A DNA stretch of 64,000 nt from Yuukianura sp. NJ FZ-2021. Taxonomy: Eukaryota. Each line of letters opens with the position of its first letter. The first letter of the stretch is position 1. The notes below the pieces were generated by a model, which saw only the letters and a program-made list of their open reading frames with translations, made no database searches and was not told the origin of the DNA. A program made the position numbers and the translations under genes. Shown in pieces: positions 47,171-60,901 of this stretch. The stretch covers positions 1,364,001-1,428,000 of the forward strand of contig CM102284.1 of assembly GCA_046563655.1 (NCBI GenBank), in the 5' to 3' direction.

Positions 47171-48025
47171 CAAAAAAAAAATTAGAAATATCTGTTAGTC
47201 TCATTCTCTGCAGATTCTATTAGGAAAAATTACAAAAATTTAATGATTTTTTTTAAATTTAAAATTTTTGTCGAAACTTTTTTTTTAAAACTTATTATTC
47301 CAAGAAAATAAAGCCACTCAAGTTAAAAAAGAAATACAATAGTAATTTACTTTGAAAATTCAGAGAATAATCAAAAATTGCTCCTGGAGGGGAGTGATAC
47401 AAAATTATAGTAAAGTATAATTCATAGCGTAGGACACAAAATCCGGTCTTACCTAGTTCTAAAAATTTCAACTCAAAATTGTAAAATAACTTTTACATAA
47501 AAATTATAAATACCTAACATAACTTTTTAACAATAAGTTCATTACTATACTTTCTAGTACGCTTCTAAAATTCTGATCAATCCATAAATCATAAAAACAA
47601 GTTCTTAACTAACTACCTCAAATTCAAACTTCAAAATCAAATTCATTACAACTAGATTTTTTGTTAGGTTATGTTACCCTAACCTAGAAAAAAAGATGTG
47701 ATTTCATTATTAGTTTGGGCCTGAGATCCTTGGAAATACGTATCACTTTTTTTGTCAATGCGCCGCATATAAGGAAAAGTACATTACACAATCGCAGTAT
47801 AACGTAGTACCCAGTGCGCAATATAGGCGGGGATTTAGGCTAGTAGTAAATCAAAAATTAGAGGAGGTAGCGTATAAGTGTGGGGTGGGCGTTAATTAGT
47901 TAGTTAAATTAATTAATTAAGAATAAATATAACAGCCAAAACTTATTCTAAAAGTTTACAAGTATTTTAGACAAAGTCAACACTATTTTCAAATGGTGTT
48001 CCAGGAGGGTTGTGGCAGTGATGCG

Positions 48026-51000
48026 TTACATGTCACTCGAAGGACCGGAAAGCTCGCGGGACTGAAATGAGTCAAAGTAATTACGTTAATTTGTTAATTA
48101 ATTACTTAGTTAATTAAGTAATTAGTTATGACTTACATGGAGGACAAAGTTATCGTAAACTCGGAAAAGCTCCTCCATGTGATACTCTTCCAAACAAACG
48201 AAACCTTCCAGGGATGGATGATTTTTACGTGCACAGTCAATGCAAAACACGATGTGGTACTTGCCTTGCTCACGAGCAAACAGCAAGTGAAAGACTTCCA
48301 ACTATAAAAAAAAAGTTCAAAATTTCGAAACTTATGAAAAAAAAATCTCCCTTTTTCAAAAATGTATTTTATTTCTTACCTCGCAGATACTGCAGTAATG
48401 TGAAACGTTCTTGTCTTTTCCATAAAACGATTTCGGTACGTTTTTCGATTTGATAAATTCCACAGTCTTTATAGATTGGACGAGAGTTTTCATTAAAACC
48501 GTTCTAAAATTCCAAAAAAGCAGAGTTACGTAAATAAAAAACTCAAAATACAAAATTCTGAATCTCCGTCCAAATTTTGAAAGTTCGTGCAACTTACTTG
48601 ATAATTTCAAAAAGTTTGGAATCGGTGACATTAATGTTTCGTGCCAAGTTCCAACTCAAGTGGATCATGGGCACGATGGACTTGAAGTTCTGGAGTTTGT
48701 TCCACTCGTAGCGTTCTACTGCCAGTTGATACTGGCGTGCTGTCAGTGGACCAACATTCCATGCCACATTGTTGCACCACCCAATGGCTTGAACCCAATG
48801 AACACATCCGGAATTTACCCACACCATCTCGCCCGGTTTCTGCGTAAACCGGTAAACCGGTATCTTTTCCGCATACAAATCGTCCAGATTCGGCCACCAC
48901 GATCCTTGTAGATAATTCAAATTATTCCTACAAGCAAAAAAACGCAATTTAATTACTCCAAAGAAAAAATTTCAAAAAAAAAAAATTTTTTTTTCGTAAC
49001 TTACTTTTCACATAACCTTTGAACTCCGCCCCAGTAGGCATCCGGCACAGCAAACCACTCGCAGTCTCCAGGACCAATGTTGATGTTGATTGAGCAAAAG
49101 TTATTATTTTCTTGGTGTCCAGGAGTTCTGGAACCCGGAACCTTCATGTACAGTTGGACAGTATTCATGCCTAAGATGGCATGACCTACATGCGACAACA
49201 TGTTCCCAGCCGACACTACTCGGGCAAACCACGGTAGTTTCTGGAGTTCCTCTAACTGTGGACGCCACTTCCGCTCATCCGACAGGTCCACGTTTGTCCC
49301 GAACCGAATCTGTTTCGGAGTCTTCCTCAACTTCTTCCTGGATAGGGAATCTTTCGAATCTGAGTCCGAATTTTTCTCATTACTCTGCTCATTTTCTTCC
49401 TAAACCAAAAATCAAAATTCTCAAAATTTCGAAAAATCTTGTAACTTTTCAAAATTGGAAACTCACCTTGACACTATCTTGGAAACTCTGGGCCTGGTAC
49501 CTGGCATAATTGGCAATGGTCGTATGAGTTCTGGTGGAGTAGCAATGCCAACTTCTGAATCCATTGGCATCCCAGTTTTCGTCACTCGGTTGCAGATGTT
49601 GAGTCCTCACTTCTATGTTATGTTCGGGATTAGCTTCAACCAATGTCTTGGTCGAAAACAGACCAAGGTTCAATCTCAGCTTAGCAGCAATCCCACGCAC
49701 AACTGCGATTGGATGCTGGAGACAGAACTCTTGAAGTTGTTGATAATAGCTTTCCATATCCTTGTCCTTCTTGATTTCAAACAACACTGACGGAGTTTGC
49801 GGTAACAGTTGGTCAGGCGTCAGTAGAACCTGCGACACAAAATTCAAAAACTTATTTCCAACTTTATTTTCTTCAAAAACAAAGATTCTGGGATGTATTT
49901 TCCCATGTGGGAAATACTGTGTAAAAACCCGTTTCAAGGAAAATAATTTTTCAAAGTGGGCAATAGTGGGGAATAATGTCAATTGTTTGGAAAACTGAAA
50001 TTGAGTGAGTTAATTTTTTTAAACTATGTGTCGGTAGGCCGCCTGAAACTTTTCCCGCAGCCCCCTTCACCTCATTTTCATTAAAACACCCCCAACACAT
50101 TATATTCCATTTATATTAATTAATTAGTAAAATTGTTCACAATACGGAACTCCATGTTTCATAAAACAAATGCCAATTAGCCGATTTATAAAAGGTTTGA
50201 ATGCATAGTACATTGGGATGATGGAGTCTCAAAATTATATTGCCCATTATTCCCCGTCTTGTCCCAGGAAAACCCTACTCCCCTACCCTGGGCAATAATA
50301 GTATTACCCGGGCAATTCCCGAACCCTGTCAAAAACTTACTTTTGGAACATCAGGTACTACGGGGGGTTGAGCTGAATCATGGAGAATGGAAGTATTCGT
50401 GACTCCTTTGAGACCAAGTCCAGCACAATTTGTCACCAACTCATTGGATGTCAGTCCAATATGAAGTACTGGGGCAGTATCACTCCCACTTCCGTTAGCA
50501 GAATTGGCAGACTCAAAGTTATTGTTAAATTCAAAATCCAATTCATCAAAATTGATTTCTTCTGTGAGGTTTTTCTCCCCGAGCCAAGCCGAGAGATCTT
50601 GGTCAGAAAAAGTTGGGGAGAAGGGCGGAGAAAATGGCGTTGGCGGTTTACTATGAGGCACACTGTACAAAAAATATCAAAATTTCAAAACCCAAACAAT
50701 AGATTCAAAACTTTTGAAACTTGAAACCCAACTTACTCATCGTGGATTTTTTCAACCGCTTCCACTTTGAACTTTTTGATAGGTTGTGGTTCGTGTTTGA
50801 AATTTTGAGCTCGGGCGGCCATGTCCGCAGTGATCGGCAGATTCCACGCTTCTTCTATCACTGGCAGTTGCCTCGCTTTGATTCTAAACAAAAAGTAGTC
50901 GCCACAGTTTTTCAAAAATTTCAAATTTTTCAAAAATTAAAGTTTACTCCTCGCGTGAGAAAAGTCAGTAACTCACACTGTCTCTTGTTTTGGTGCTGCT

Positions 51001-54000
51001 GCTAAACTCTTTTGTAAAAACTTTATCTTCTCCTTGAGGTTTCCATTCAGTTTACAACGACCACGACTAGCATTGACGTAGCAGGCTAGAGCATCCCGAG
51101 GTTGCTAAAACCAAACATCAAAATTCAAAACCACAAAGTTCCAAATTCATTTCTTCACTCACATCCACTCAATGTGGATAGACAAAGCGAAACTAATTAA
51201 ATTAATCTACTAATTACTTTAGTTATCTCCTCACCTGTGACACCGTTTCGTATAAAATTCCAAGATTTGTCCAAGCTGCTCCGTGATACTTGTCTAACTG
51301 GACAGCACAAATATATGCTTGCAGGGCATCCAGCGGCTGATTCTGCTGCTGGTAAAGAACTCTGCAAATACAGAAAAAAAAATCAAGTTTTACCCAAACC
51401 ACAAAAACCTCAAAAAAAAATTGACAAAATTCCGCTTCCTCTGCTTGTTTTCAAAAAACTTAGCAAAGAAAAAAATCGAAACATTTCAATATCGAACTTG
51501 GATCTTTTCTTAAAAATTCGAACAGTCAAAACCTTACCCAATAGAACACCAAGTATCAGCGTTCCCTTCTGACTTGTCAACACTTTTTCTGTACGCTAAA
51601 AAAGCGTCATGCACTTTGCCCAGCGAAGCGTAGCAGCGTCCCAGAAGATACAGCGAGTGACCTGAACGCGGTTCCGACTCCAGCGATTTCTGGAAACAGT
51701 GGATCGCTACTTGCTCTCGGTACAGTTTCTCCCCAAATGACTCTTCACAGTGATGCAACCACCCTAAAAAAACAAGAAAAAATTATGTTTTCACTTCCTC
51801 AAATTCCAAGCGCCAAAAATTCAAAAATCTGTATTTTTCAAAAATTTACCCAAATTCCGGTAAATGTCTGCTCTGAGTGCTGGCGGTAAGTCTTGATTCG
51901 GGAGTAGTTTTTCGTAGAGCGCTTTGGCCAACTTCACTTTTCCTTCGACGTCAAATAGATGGGCAATATGAAACCGAATTTGGCTCTCACTTAGGCTGCA
52001 GGGGCTGGAATCGTTGAGCGCAAGTTTAAAGTGTTTCAGCGATTGACCGAGGTGCGGAGCCGCTTTGAAAATTATGCCCAGTCGAAGATGAATTTCCTTG
52101 CTACGGCTAAAGGCAGGATCTTTGTACAAGACTTCTTGGAAGAACTTTGCAGCCCTAGTAACACAAAAACACAAAACACAATTAAAAATCAATTAACTTA
52201 AAAACTCAATTAATTAATTAATAAAACAAATCAAGGTCTAAATTGCTTCACTCCAAATGCAGAAGCTGTCGGAGGAGCCGGTCAAGACTGTTCAGCGTGG
52301 TCAAGTAGGCGCTCAAAACTGTCCAGCCTCCGACTATCTCTTGGCCTACTTAACTAAACTAATCGTCACTCTCGTCACTTACTGATGATGATTAGTTCGA
52401 GAGTAGGCGGAGTCCTGGCATAGAAATGGCAATTGCCAATTCCAAATTTATGCCAACAGCTTTTCTAGCCTACTACTGTCCCCAATTCACTTCGCAGGAA
52501 AACCAATCCTCACAACAATGTCAAACTACAATTTCACTTCCTAGACCACAATTTCAGATCAGGTTTAAGCAATATTCAGCGTAGTACTGCCAGCGTCACT
52601 GTTCAGATAAATTCTTAGTGGGTCAATTCGTCATGACGAGCGTCCTACCACTTCAACACTGTCTAATAAACTTATCTCCACCAGCCCATTTTCCCAAATA
52701 CTTCCAGAGATATCGTAAATCTCTCCAACAATACCCGAATCCAACCGATAACAGACCAAAACACATCGACAGCGGTCCACTGGTCACAAAATTTACAAAA
52801 GAAAAATAGTCACCCGAAAAATTTTTTTTTTGCCCAAGTAACAGTAACACTCAACTGCTGGTGAATGTACAGATTTAATTACCCTCAAAAACGGACATTT
52901 TAAATTCCCCGTACCATAAACCTGGCAAAATGTCAAGATTTATGACATTTATGGTGTCCACTTCATTCAAAATGGACAAGGGACCCTTTGACGATAGTCT
53001 TAAGGCCCACCTTGGTCCTTCAAATCCCTTCTTGGAATATACCGTAATTACAAGCTCAATTTGTGCTAAAATTGTCATGTCTTAAGTTGACATGACAATT
53101 GACAAACACAGACCCTGGAATCCGTAAGTGCCCCAACTACAATTTCAAAATTTTGAGTCCAAGGTCCCTTTGAAATAAGATTTTTACTTTAAGGGTACAC
53201 TTACCACCATGTTTACTTTTTTGTTCCGTTGGGCGATTTTTTTTTAAACTCAAACGTTCTTTGAACCATTTAAGAATTAAAACGTTTTCACTATAAAAAC
53301 TGTCACGTTTTGTCGTAATTTGTACGTAGAAACTTTAGAAAAATTTGAACACTTTTTTGAATTGTTGGTGGTTTTAGGCAGTAGTAGTATTTAATTGAGA
53401 GTGCGTTAAGACACGCCGACGTGAGACCTTTAGTTGTTTCGCGTTTCTTTTATCTCCTGTATGGTTCAAAATTTGATAAAATTTTTTATGAAATTTTACA
53501 AATTTTCACAGTATAAAACGGCATTTGACAAGAACCAACAGGAAGTAGTTAGTCGAACGCTTTTTTGAACACAATGGCGTTGAGTCGTTTCTTCTTAAAT
53601 TTGTCGTATACAACTAAAGTGTGAAAATGTGATTGAGAAACAGTGCAAAATAGTTAAATTTAAAAGTTAAAAGTTACGCAACGAGTTACTAGGAACAAGG
53701 CAGTGTTTAGAAGTGGAGACTTTTAAATCTAAAATGTGTCTTCTTATGCCCTTTTCACTCTGTACAGAGTTGAGTCAAGGAAGGGAGTATACGCGTTCAC
53801 CGTAAAACTTCTCATAACTACTCTCCTCTCCATTAAACGCCTGATATAAACCTAAAACTCAAGAGGTTCAATACGCGCCTTGGTAATTATAAGAGCTTTT
53901 GCGGTACACAAAATGCAGAAGGGGGAGTCGAAGGAAGAGTTCACTGCCTCCAAACAAAAGGGAAAACTTCCCATGGCTTCTTACCGCTATGGGTACCCCC

Positions 54001-56811
54001 CCCCTCCCCCCACATACAACCCCCCCCCCCCCATCTAACAAGGGGGGGGGGGCACGCACGCACTTTTGTATTTACACGAACATCTTCCTTCCTTGCGCCC
54101 AACATCTCTCCTATACCACATAAAACCCAAACACTTTTTAGTCATCCACCATCTGAGTCAATAGACTGCGACCAAAATCGCATCTCTGCGTCGTCGAAAC
54201 CACTAAACTAACGTGCGAAATAAATTTGTACAGTAAATACCTTAACATTCAAAACATTTGGTTCAATGTCCTTACAAAAAATATCAATCACTTTAGTAAC
54301 TCACGAATTACAAGTTATAATTTATAAGCTATAATATATATATAATTCAAAACCAGTCTCTACCTTACCCTAAATATTCGAATAGAGGTTGATGTCCAGT
54401 TTGTGAGTAATAAAAAATTTAACGACTGAAAAGCCAAATTGTTAACATTGACTATTTGGAGAAAGTTGAATTCCGGAATCAATTCTAATCATTTATCGAT
54501 TATCTATTTGAGAGTGGGAAGTAGTTTCGACCTCGCATATGCAACTTTATCTCGCAGCAACCTCGCAGGTCGTACATTCGATTTCACCTCGCTACCTCGC
54601 AAGTTCGGTTCTCACAGCAACCTCGCACAAACCATTACGTAATGAAACGACTACCGGCTTTCCTCTTTTTAGTGAAGATGCGTTTTGAAGATGGGAACGG
54701 GAAGGAAGAAGAAGCATTTAGCAACTCACCGCTATTCTTCGTTCCTACTTTTGGTATATCCCGGTTCAAAAAAAATCTAAACACTTCACCTTATACTAGT
54801 ACTAAATAGTACACCACTTCCCCTAAAGTGACGAATCCAGAGTGCGTTGAAAGTGCACACACTCGGAAGATATGCTACACAACACCTAAAACCTAAAACA
54901 GTTACGAGATTTGAGTAGGGGGGACAGGAGGGCCTACGTGATCTCGGAACAACTTCTCAGGACGGATGCTGTTGCCATGGACCACAACAGGATGAGACTC
55001 TGTACACACAACAGAAACAGAACAGATGAATGGAAAGTAAAGAGAATCCTAGTCAAGTCCAACTGAATACTGCCAGTACTGTCAAAGTGAAGCCCTTCAT
55101 AATCCAAGCCAAGGGCCCTCCACAAGGGAAGCTGGAAGGGTCTCTATTATAAAAACGAAATTTCATAATTATTGGCCTGGATGTTCATTTTGAACAAAGA
55201 AAAAATAAGTTAGGGCAACAAGTAAAAGTGTAAGGGCCCTTAAGGGAAAGTAAATGGTTATGGTTATAAGGCCATATGGCCAGCCTACACTTAAAAGTAA
55301 AACAAGAAAACAAAAGTGATCGTACAAAACAATTTCAAGAAATTGAGCCTTTCATGTTTCCAGTTTTCATCGGCTAATCGGGCACCCTGAAAAACCTGTC
55401 TCAAGGGGTACCTTAACCTGAATAAAGGCTAAAACCTGAATAAAGGCTAAGGGCCCCTCTGAAGACAATGACTTTTCCTTACTCCTTGAGGCCAATGTCC
55501 ACCAAATTGTCTCAATTTGGCAAACTGCCAGTACTAGTAGTAGTACTACTACTCCAGCATTCTGGCATTAATGAACGCCCCTTAATTCATACCTTTCAAT
55601 AAATTCTCCAATTTTAAGAAAGACTACTACTGTACATGGCAAAAGTAAAACGAACCGCCTTGAACTTTTTGTTTGTAAGGCCGGACCACTCCATCTGCTT
55701 GACGCCGGGTACTCGGACACCCAAAAACTTTCTGAACACGGACACTGTTTCTGGTTTTTGTTTCAAAAAATCTCACGACAGGAAGGAAATCATTACTTCC
55801 TTACTGTAGTAACAGACATTTTTTGAATTTTGGAAAAGGACATTAAGCAAATGGGAATGCCATTTGACATGACCTTTGAGTTTTAGAAATTAGGACAAGA
55901 AGGTAAGCTCGGAAGCACAAAGCATACAGACAGGATGCATTCAGCTAATAAAGATAAGCTTCAGCTTCTCGTATGATTTCCGGGCATCATCCCTGACACG
56001 ACAGACAGAGACAGTTGACATAGTGACAGTTTACGTGTAAAAAACGTAACAATCAGTTAAACGTAACCTTACCATTTGAAAGCGTTGAAATGGAAGTAGA
56101 CGAGGGCAAGTCCGTACATGAAAGGAATGTCTTGCCAGTATTGATCCTTGTGCTCACGGTAGTACTTTTCATAGGCAGACTTGGCTGTAAAAAGAACATA
56201 AAATCATTGTACATAGAATTGTAAAATTCAGCTTTAATTGATACGAATTTGGATCCGACATGCCTTTGTGGAAATCCTCCAGGAGGAGATGGAAATGGCC
56301 CAGTTTGCAGTATGTTTTGGTCTCGATTGTTATTTTGGTATCACTCTTGGCTTCGATGATCATCCGCTCCAAATGACCAATGGCCTAATCGAAGGAAACA
56401 GAAGTTAAAAAAAAGTTAGGAATTTGCGATGTGTGGTTGTTTGTGAGTTTTAAGCAATTAGCTTACCTTTTGCATGATATCTCTTCTGGAATCAACAGCA
56501 GGTACGAACCCGAATTGACGACTGGAATTGACCAGAGGGCAACATTAGTTTATCATTTGGTGTAGTAGTACATGGTAGTTGCTTAAGCAAGAAGGTACGT
56601 CTTGTAAATATCGAATATCCAATGTAATGTTTACGTTTGGTTTGAGTTTAAATGTAACGCATAAGTGCAAATTGTCATGTTTTATCGAGTGTAGGTACTA
56701 GGTACATAACATTATCTTCTACCGTAACTAACGATACAAACTTACACCATTTTAAGATCAATACCTGTCAATGTCCGTTAGAATTTGGAGATCTTGTCCA
56801 GTGAGCTCCAT
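48026..56811 (-). CDS. KDM6A: H3K27 demethylase UTX/KDM6A (TPR + JmjC + Zn-binding domain), multi-exon with a ~3.9-kb intron (52155-56071)
   Basis: [74 protein letters not shown]. Confidence 0.96.
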
Positions 56812-57430
56812 TGCCAACGTTAATTGTCAAATTGGCACTGGCTGATTTGACTAATACCTCCTAAGATCTCCGTATCACTGCTGATGAGATGAATTGGGTA
56901 ATTAACAAAACAATTAGTAATCGAACAACAAAAAATTGAGGGAAAATCCCTCCTACTCATTTCGCTTTGCAAAAACGGCGAACATCGACTCCACTTGATT
57001 CAAGGTCAACCTTCCGCGAATTTCCCACTTATTGGAAGCGGTTCGTTTTACATGGGCATCCCGCCCGACAGTTTCCTGTTATAGCTTGGTAAATTGTTCT
57101 TTAAATTGGGTCAGTTTGTCAAGATTAACTTTAACTACTCAACACCGGGTAGTTAAGTGTCAATTACTGATTTAATTAGCCTGTCAAACTTTGTTTTATA
57201 AATCGGTGCACTCTGCTCAGCTGATATGTAAACAATCTCGTCGTGGAGGGCGGTAGCAGAGGGTGGGATTTTTACTTGTGTTCAAAAAGCGGGTCGAAGT
57301 AAGGATTAGCGATCATCATTTGTTCACACCGTGTACCCACTTGTGGGCAACGCACACAAATTCAAAATCGACAAAGTGCCAATCGTTTTCAGTTGAACTA
57401 ATAACACTCTTTTTCTAAATACGGTCTCTT

Positions 57431-57755
57431 TTGAACAAAAGATTTACAAAAAACTACCAACTTGTTTCCGAAAAGGAAAAAACGGAGGGAGGATAGAAAA
57501 GGTCGCCAAGCCTATAACGATGAAAAGTGTTAAAGACGTTGTCGTGTTACTTGTGTTTCATGATTTGGTTAAAATTTTGAAATTGAAATTCGAAACCTGT
57601 TTAAAAAAATTAAATTTCGAGTTAAATTGTTAGACTTGGGCTGAATTTGGATGCTGTGTTCAATTTTGAGTTGAGTCGATCGTTTTTTGAATGTTTACTG
57701 GGTGGCCCTCGATGTCCGTTCGATTAGGAAATCATTCTAAAACAAACACAAAATT
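57431..57755. repeat. Dispersed duplicate, copy B; probable terminal exon / 3' UTR of the fax-like gene
   Basis: Begins (minus strand) at acceptor ttttag 57738-57737, which pairs with donor gtaagt at 57810. Confidence 0.75.
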
Positions 57756-60401
57756 TTAAAATTACACAAAAAAGTGACTTTTGAAATATTTCATGTTTAC
57801 GAAAACTTACTGCGGGGGGCAAACTGCTGTTGCGGTAAGAACTGCTGTTGTGGTACGAACTGCTGCTGTTGAGGTTGTCCCGCTGTTCCCATGTCATTGA
57901 AGTACCCTTGTTGCGCGGTCATTGGTCCAGGAGGAAAGGTTGGCTGCCCATGTTGATACGACATCGGTCCACCCACCATCACTTGGCCATTGAGGTCCGG
58001 TCGTGACATGGACAAGGAACTCATCGGAAGCTGCGACACTCCGGCGACATTCGGATTAGCATAGAACGGTCCTTGGTACAGTGGGCGGGAACGCGATGCT
58101 GCTGCGGGATGAAAGTACTGCGGTTGTGAATACTGGTACATTGGATATACTGGTTGCTGCTGCTGAAGTCCCTGGAATGGGCGAAAGTGACCTTGACCAG
58201 CAGCGTTGCTTCCGCTTGGGGAAGGTTGACCTTTGGCTTCCACTGAGGCTGCACTTTGAGGATATTGACCTTGACCCCCAGGGGTCATCGTGGGGTAACT
58301 CGTTCCCGCTGGAGCTGGATATCGCTGACCTTGCTGCTGACTATTCGATGACTGCTCAAGCGTAATTTGACTCTGAAGGGCCTGGGCCATTGCCTCCACT
58401 TCCTCTCGCAGATTTTGAAAGTTTGTAGCCGGTCGAGGACGATTTTGAAGTGTCGTTTGCGCCTGCGTCGAAATGTAAGTCCGTGCTGGCGGCATCACTT
58501 CTTCCATTTCTCCTTCACTTTCGTTTGCTTCCTTCTCGTCCAGACGTTTCAAAGAGTCCAGGATTTGCTTCAATTTTTCAAGATGGCTCCGCCCGTCCAA
58601 AGAAACAGCTGATTGGTCGTTGTTGTTTTCCAGAATTGAGACTCTTGAGACTGAAGCTTTAGAACGAGAGTTTGAGCGGGAACGGGACGACGGGCGGGAA
58701 GTTGACTCATCGAATTTGACTTGTTGACTCGTCTGGCTTGACTGCTTTGTGACACTCCGACTCTGACGAGAAGTCGGAGTTGAGCTGGAAGAAAAGTTTC
58801 GGCTTTCTTCGGCATCAGGCTCCTCCCATTCCGGTTCGGACTCGGCACCAGTTCGGCTGGAGTGGATATCGGATTCTGGCAGGGCAAATTCGCTTACTGG
58901 ATAAACGAAAGCGGCTGTCTGCTCTTCCGGTTTTGCCATGACCTCATTCCAGTCCTTCCAGAATTCGTCACGCATGCGTAACACGAAATCGCAGAGATTC
59001 GGATACTCTGTAAAGCAAAATTTTAAAAGTTTGAAATTTTTAAAATGAGTTTTCAAAAATTCACTAAAAAAATCGTAAGATTTCGAATGCTTACTTTGCA
59101 TTTCTTGGTAAAACGGGCAGTTCGGCATAGCCCAGAGAATTTGAGCCAACATGGAGAAGGCAGTACAATCAACTTCTCCTGGATTGGTATCTCCAAGGAA
59201 GTAGTAGTGTTTTCCTATACAGTTTTTTCAAAAGTTAGCGCCATTTTCAAACCAAAGTTTTCCACAGAATCAATATGCTTGAATGTTGATTGAAATTTTA
59301 GCATATACCAAGAGCAGCTGACAAATCACGTAAGTCCTTTGCAATCTCCCGCGTAACTTCATCCAACGGCTGACGGCCAATCCGGCTGTGCATGGCAGCT
59401 CGTCGAACAGATTCGCTAATCTTGGCAATCGTTGATGAGTCGTCATCTCCCTTGGGGTAAGGCTGAATAGCAGGAATGGACTCTCCTTTGTCAAAAATCC
59501 AGCGCCAAGTGGAGATTCCCCTGAAATCACAATTCCTTCAATTAACTTCAGGACTGCTCAGAATATAAGGCGTACCGATCGCTTACAAATATTTTGATTA
59601 GTATTTTCATACCAGTAGAGCCGATTTTCCAGCATGACCTCTACAAGTCGAGAAGCGGTCAACCGACTTGGGCGGGCATCTTGGTCCAAGTTGATTCCAA
59701 ACGCCTTTGTCAGCAGAGGGACACATTCGTGCATTTGGAAGGCCAAGTCACCTCCAACTGTCAGCCACGGAACCCGACCTTCCACATCAGAGTAGTCGGA
59801 CATGTCAACCTGAAAATAAATCATATCAAATATCTTGTCAAAATCTGATAGTCAGGATCATGTGACATGACTTTGACAATCAGCTGATTGTCAGCTGACT
59901 CTAGAGTCAGACCCACTTTACATAATTTACATAATTATGCACAAATTATGTAAAAGTATGTCAACTATCATCAAGTACCTCATAAGGAATTTGTGTAACT
60001 CGGAGCAAGGTTTCCAGCTTGAGTGGAAACGGCGAGATGCAAGGAACGGTGAATCCACGCGGACATTGGTGTAGGATGACCTTTGGCCTTTCGTTGACCT
60101 CTGACTCGTTTGCTTCTATGGCATCCTGTCCACCATACAGCAAGTACTTGATGCCATAGTACGACACCACTGACAGACCACCGATTCCAAGGATCCAGCC
60201 AACACGGGCGAGAGATCTGGATGGAAGTAAGATGAAGAAATAAGTAACTGTTAACTTACTTAGTGTTTTGTTAATCGATTAATTGTGAACTGACCTTGTA
60301 GAGAAGAAGCCATTGGGTGGAGTGGGAGTGGCGACAAGTGATGGAGGCGTGGCTACAGGAGCCAGATTCTTGGTCGTGTCATACGTCGGGTATCGCGTCA
60401 T
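57732..60401 (-). CDS. Failed axon connections (FAXC/metaxin GST-like) homolog with a long S/Q/P-rich C-terminal extension
   Basis: N-terminal TM, VILHQCPRG..PCISPFPLKLETLLR, GRVPW, MLENRLYW, AFSMLAQILWAMP, YPNLCDFVLRMRDEFWKDW; ends at 57797 unspliced or 57732 via a 74-nt intron. Confidence 0.85.
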
Positions 60402-60632
60402 ATTTCCGTATGTCGGAGACCGTGACATCGTGTCCAGCTAATGCTCTTCTCGAAGTCACCAAAAATCTTGAAATTTCGAATTTGACAAAGTGAAATGGAC
60501 GACGGAAATTTTGAAAATCGCAAGAAGATGCGCGAGATGAAAATGAAGTGTTTGCCAAATAGAAAAAAAAAACTACAAGCATCAAACTTTGTCAAACTCC
60601 CGAAAACAAATAGTTGATGACTCGGGGAAATC

Positions 60633-60646
60633 GTTACCATGGCGAC
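60633..60646. promoter_or_regulatory. X-box (RFX-binding site) about 230 bp upstream of the fax-like ATG
   Basis: GTTACCATGGCGAC closely matches the palindromic X-box GTTRCCATGGYAAC. Confidence 0.6.
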
Positions 60647-60901
60647 TTAAAAAATTGGACTGGAGCCAAAAAAAAAATTCAAAAAAAAAAAAAACGAAAA
60701 ATCATTCATTAGGGAAAATCGTAGAAAAAGTAATTCTTATTCAAATTAGGGTTTCTAAAATTGGTTAAAGTTCAAGTGTTAAGAGATTCTTTGGAGCGAC
60801 GAATCCTTAGAATCGGCCAGACTACTAACGTTGTTTGTTTACATAATTTGAGTGAAATTGAAATTGATGGAGTAAATATCTTATCTTGATAGAAGAAAAA
60901 G

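Noticed and set aside
49880-50328. hAT-like MITE remnant in a UTX intron (end aattcccgaaccctg)
   Set aside because: Only one plausible terminus; boundaries cannot be supported.
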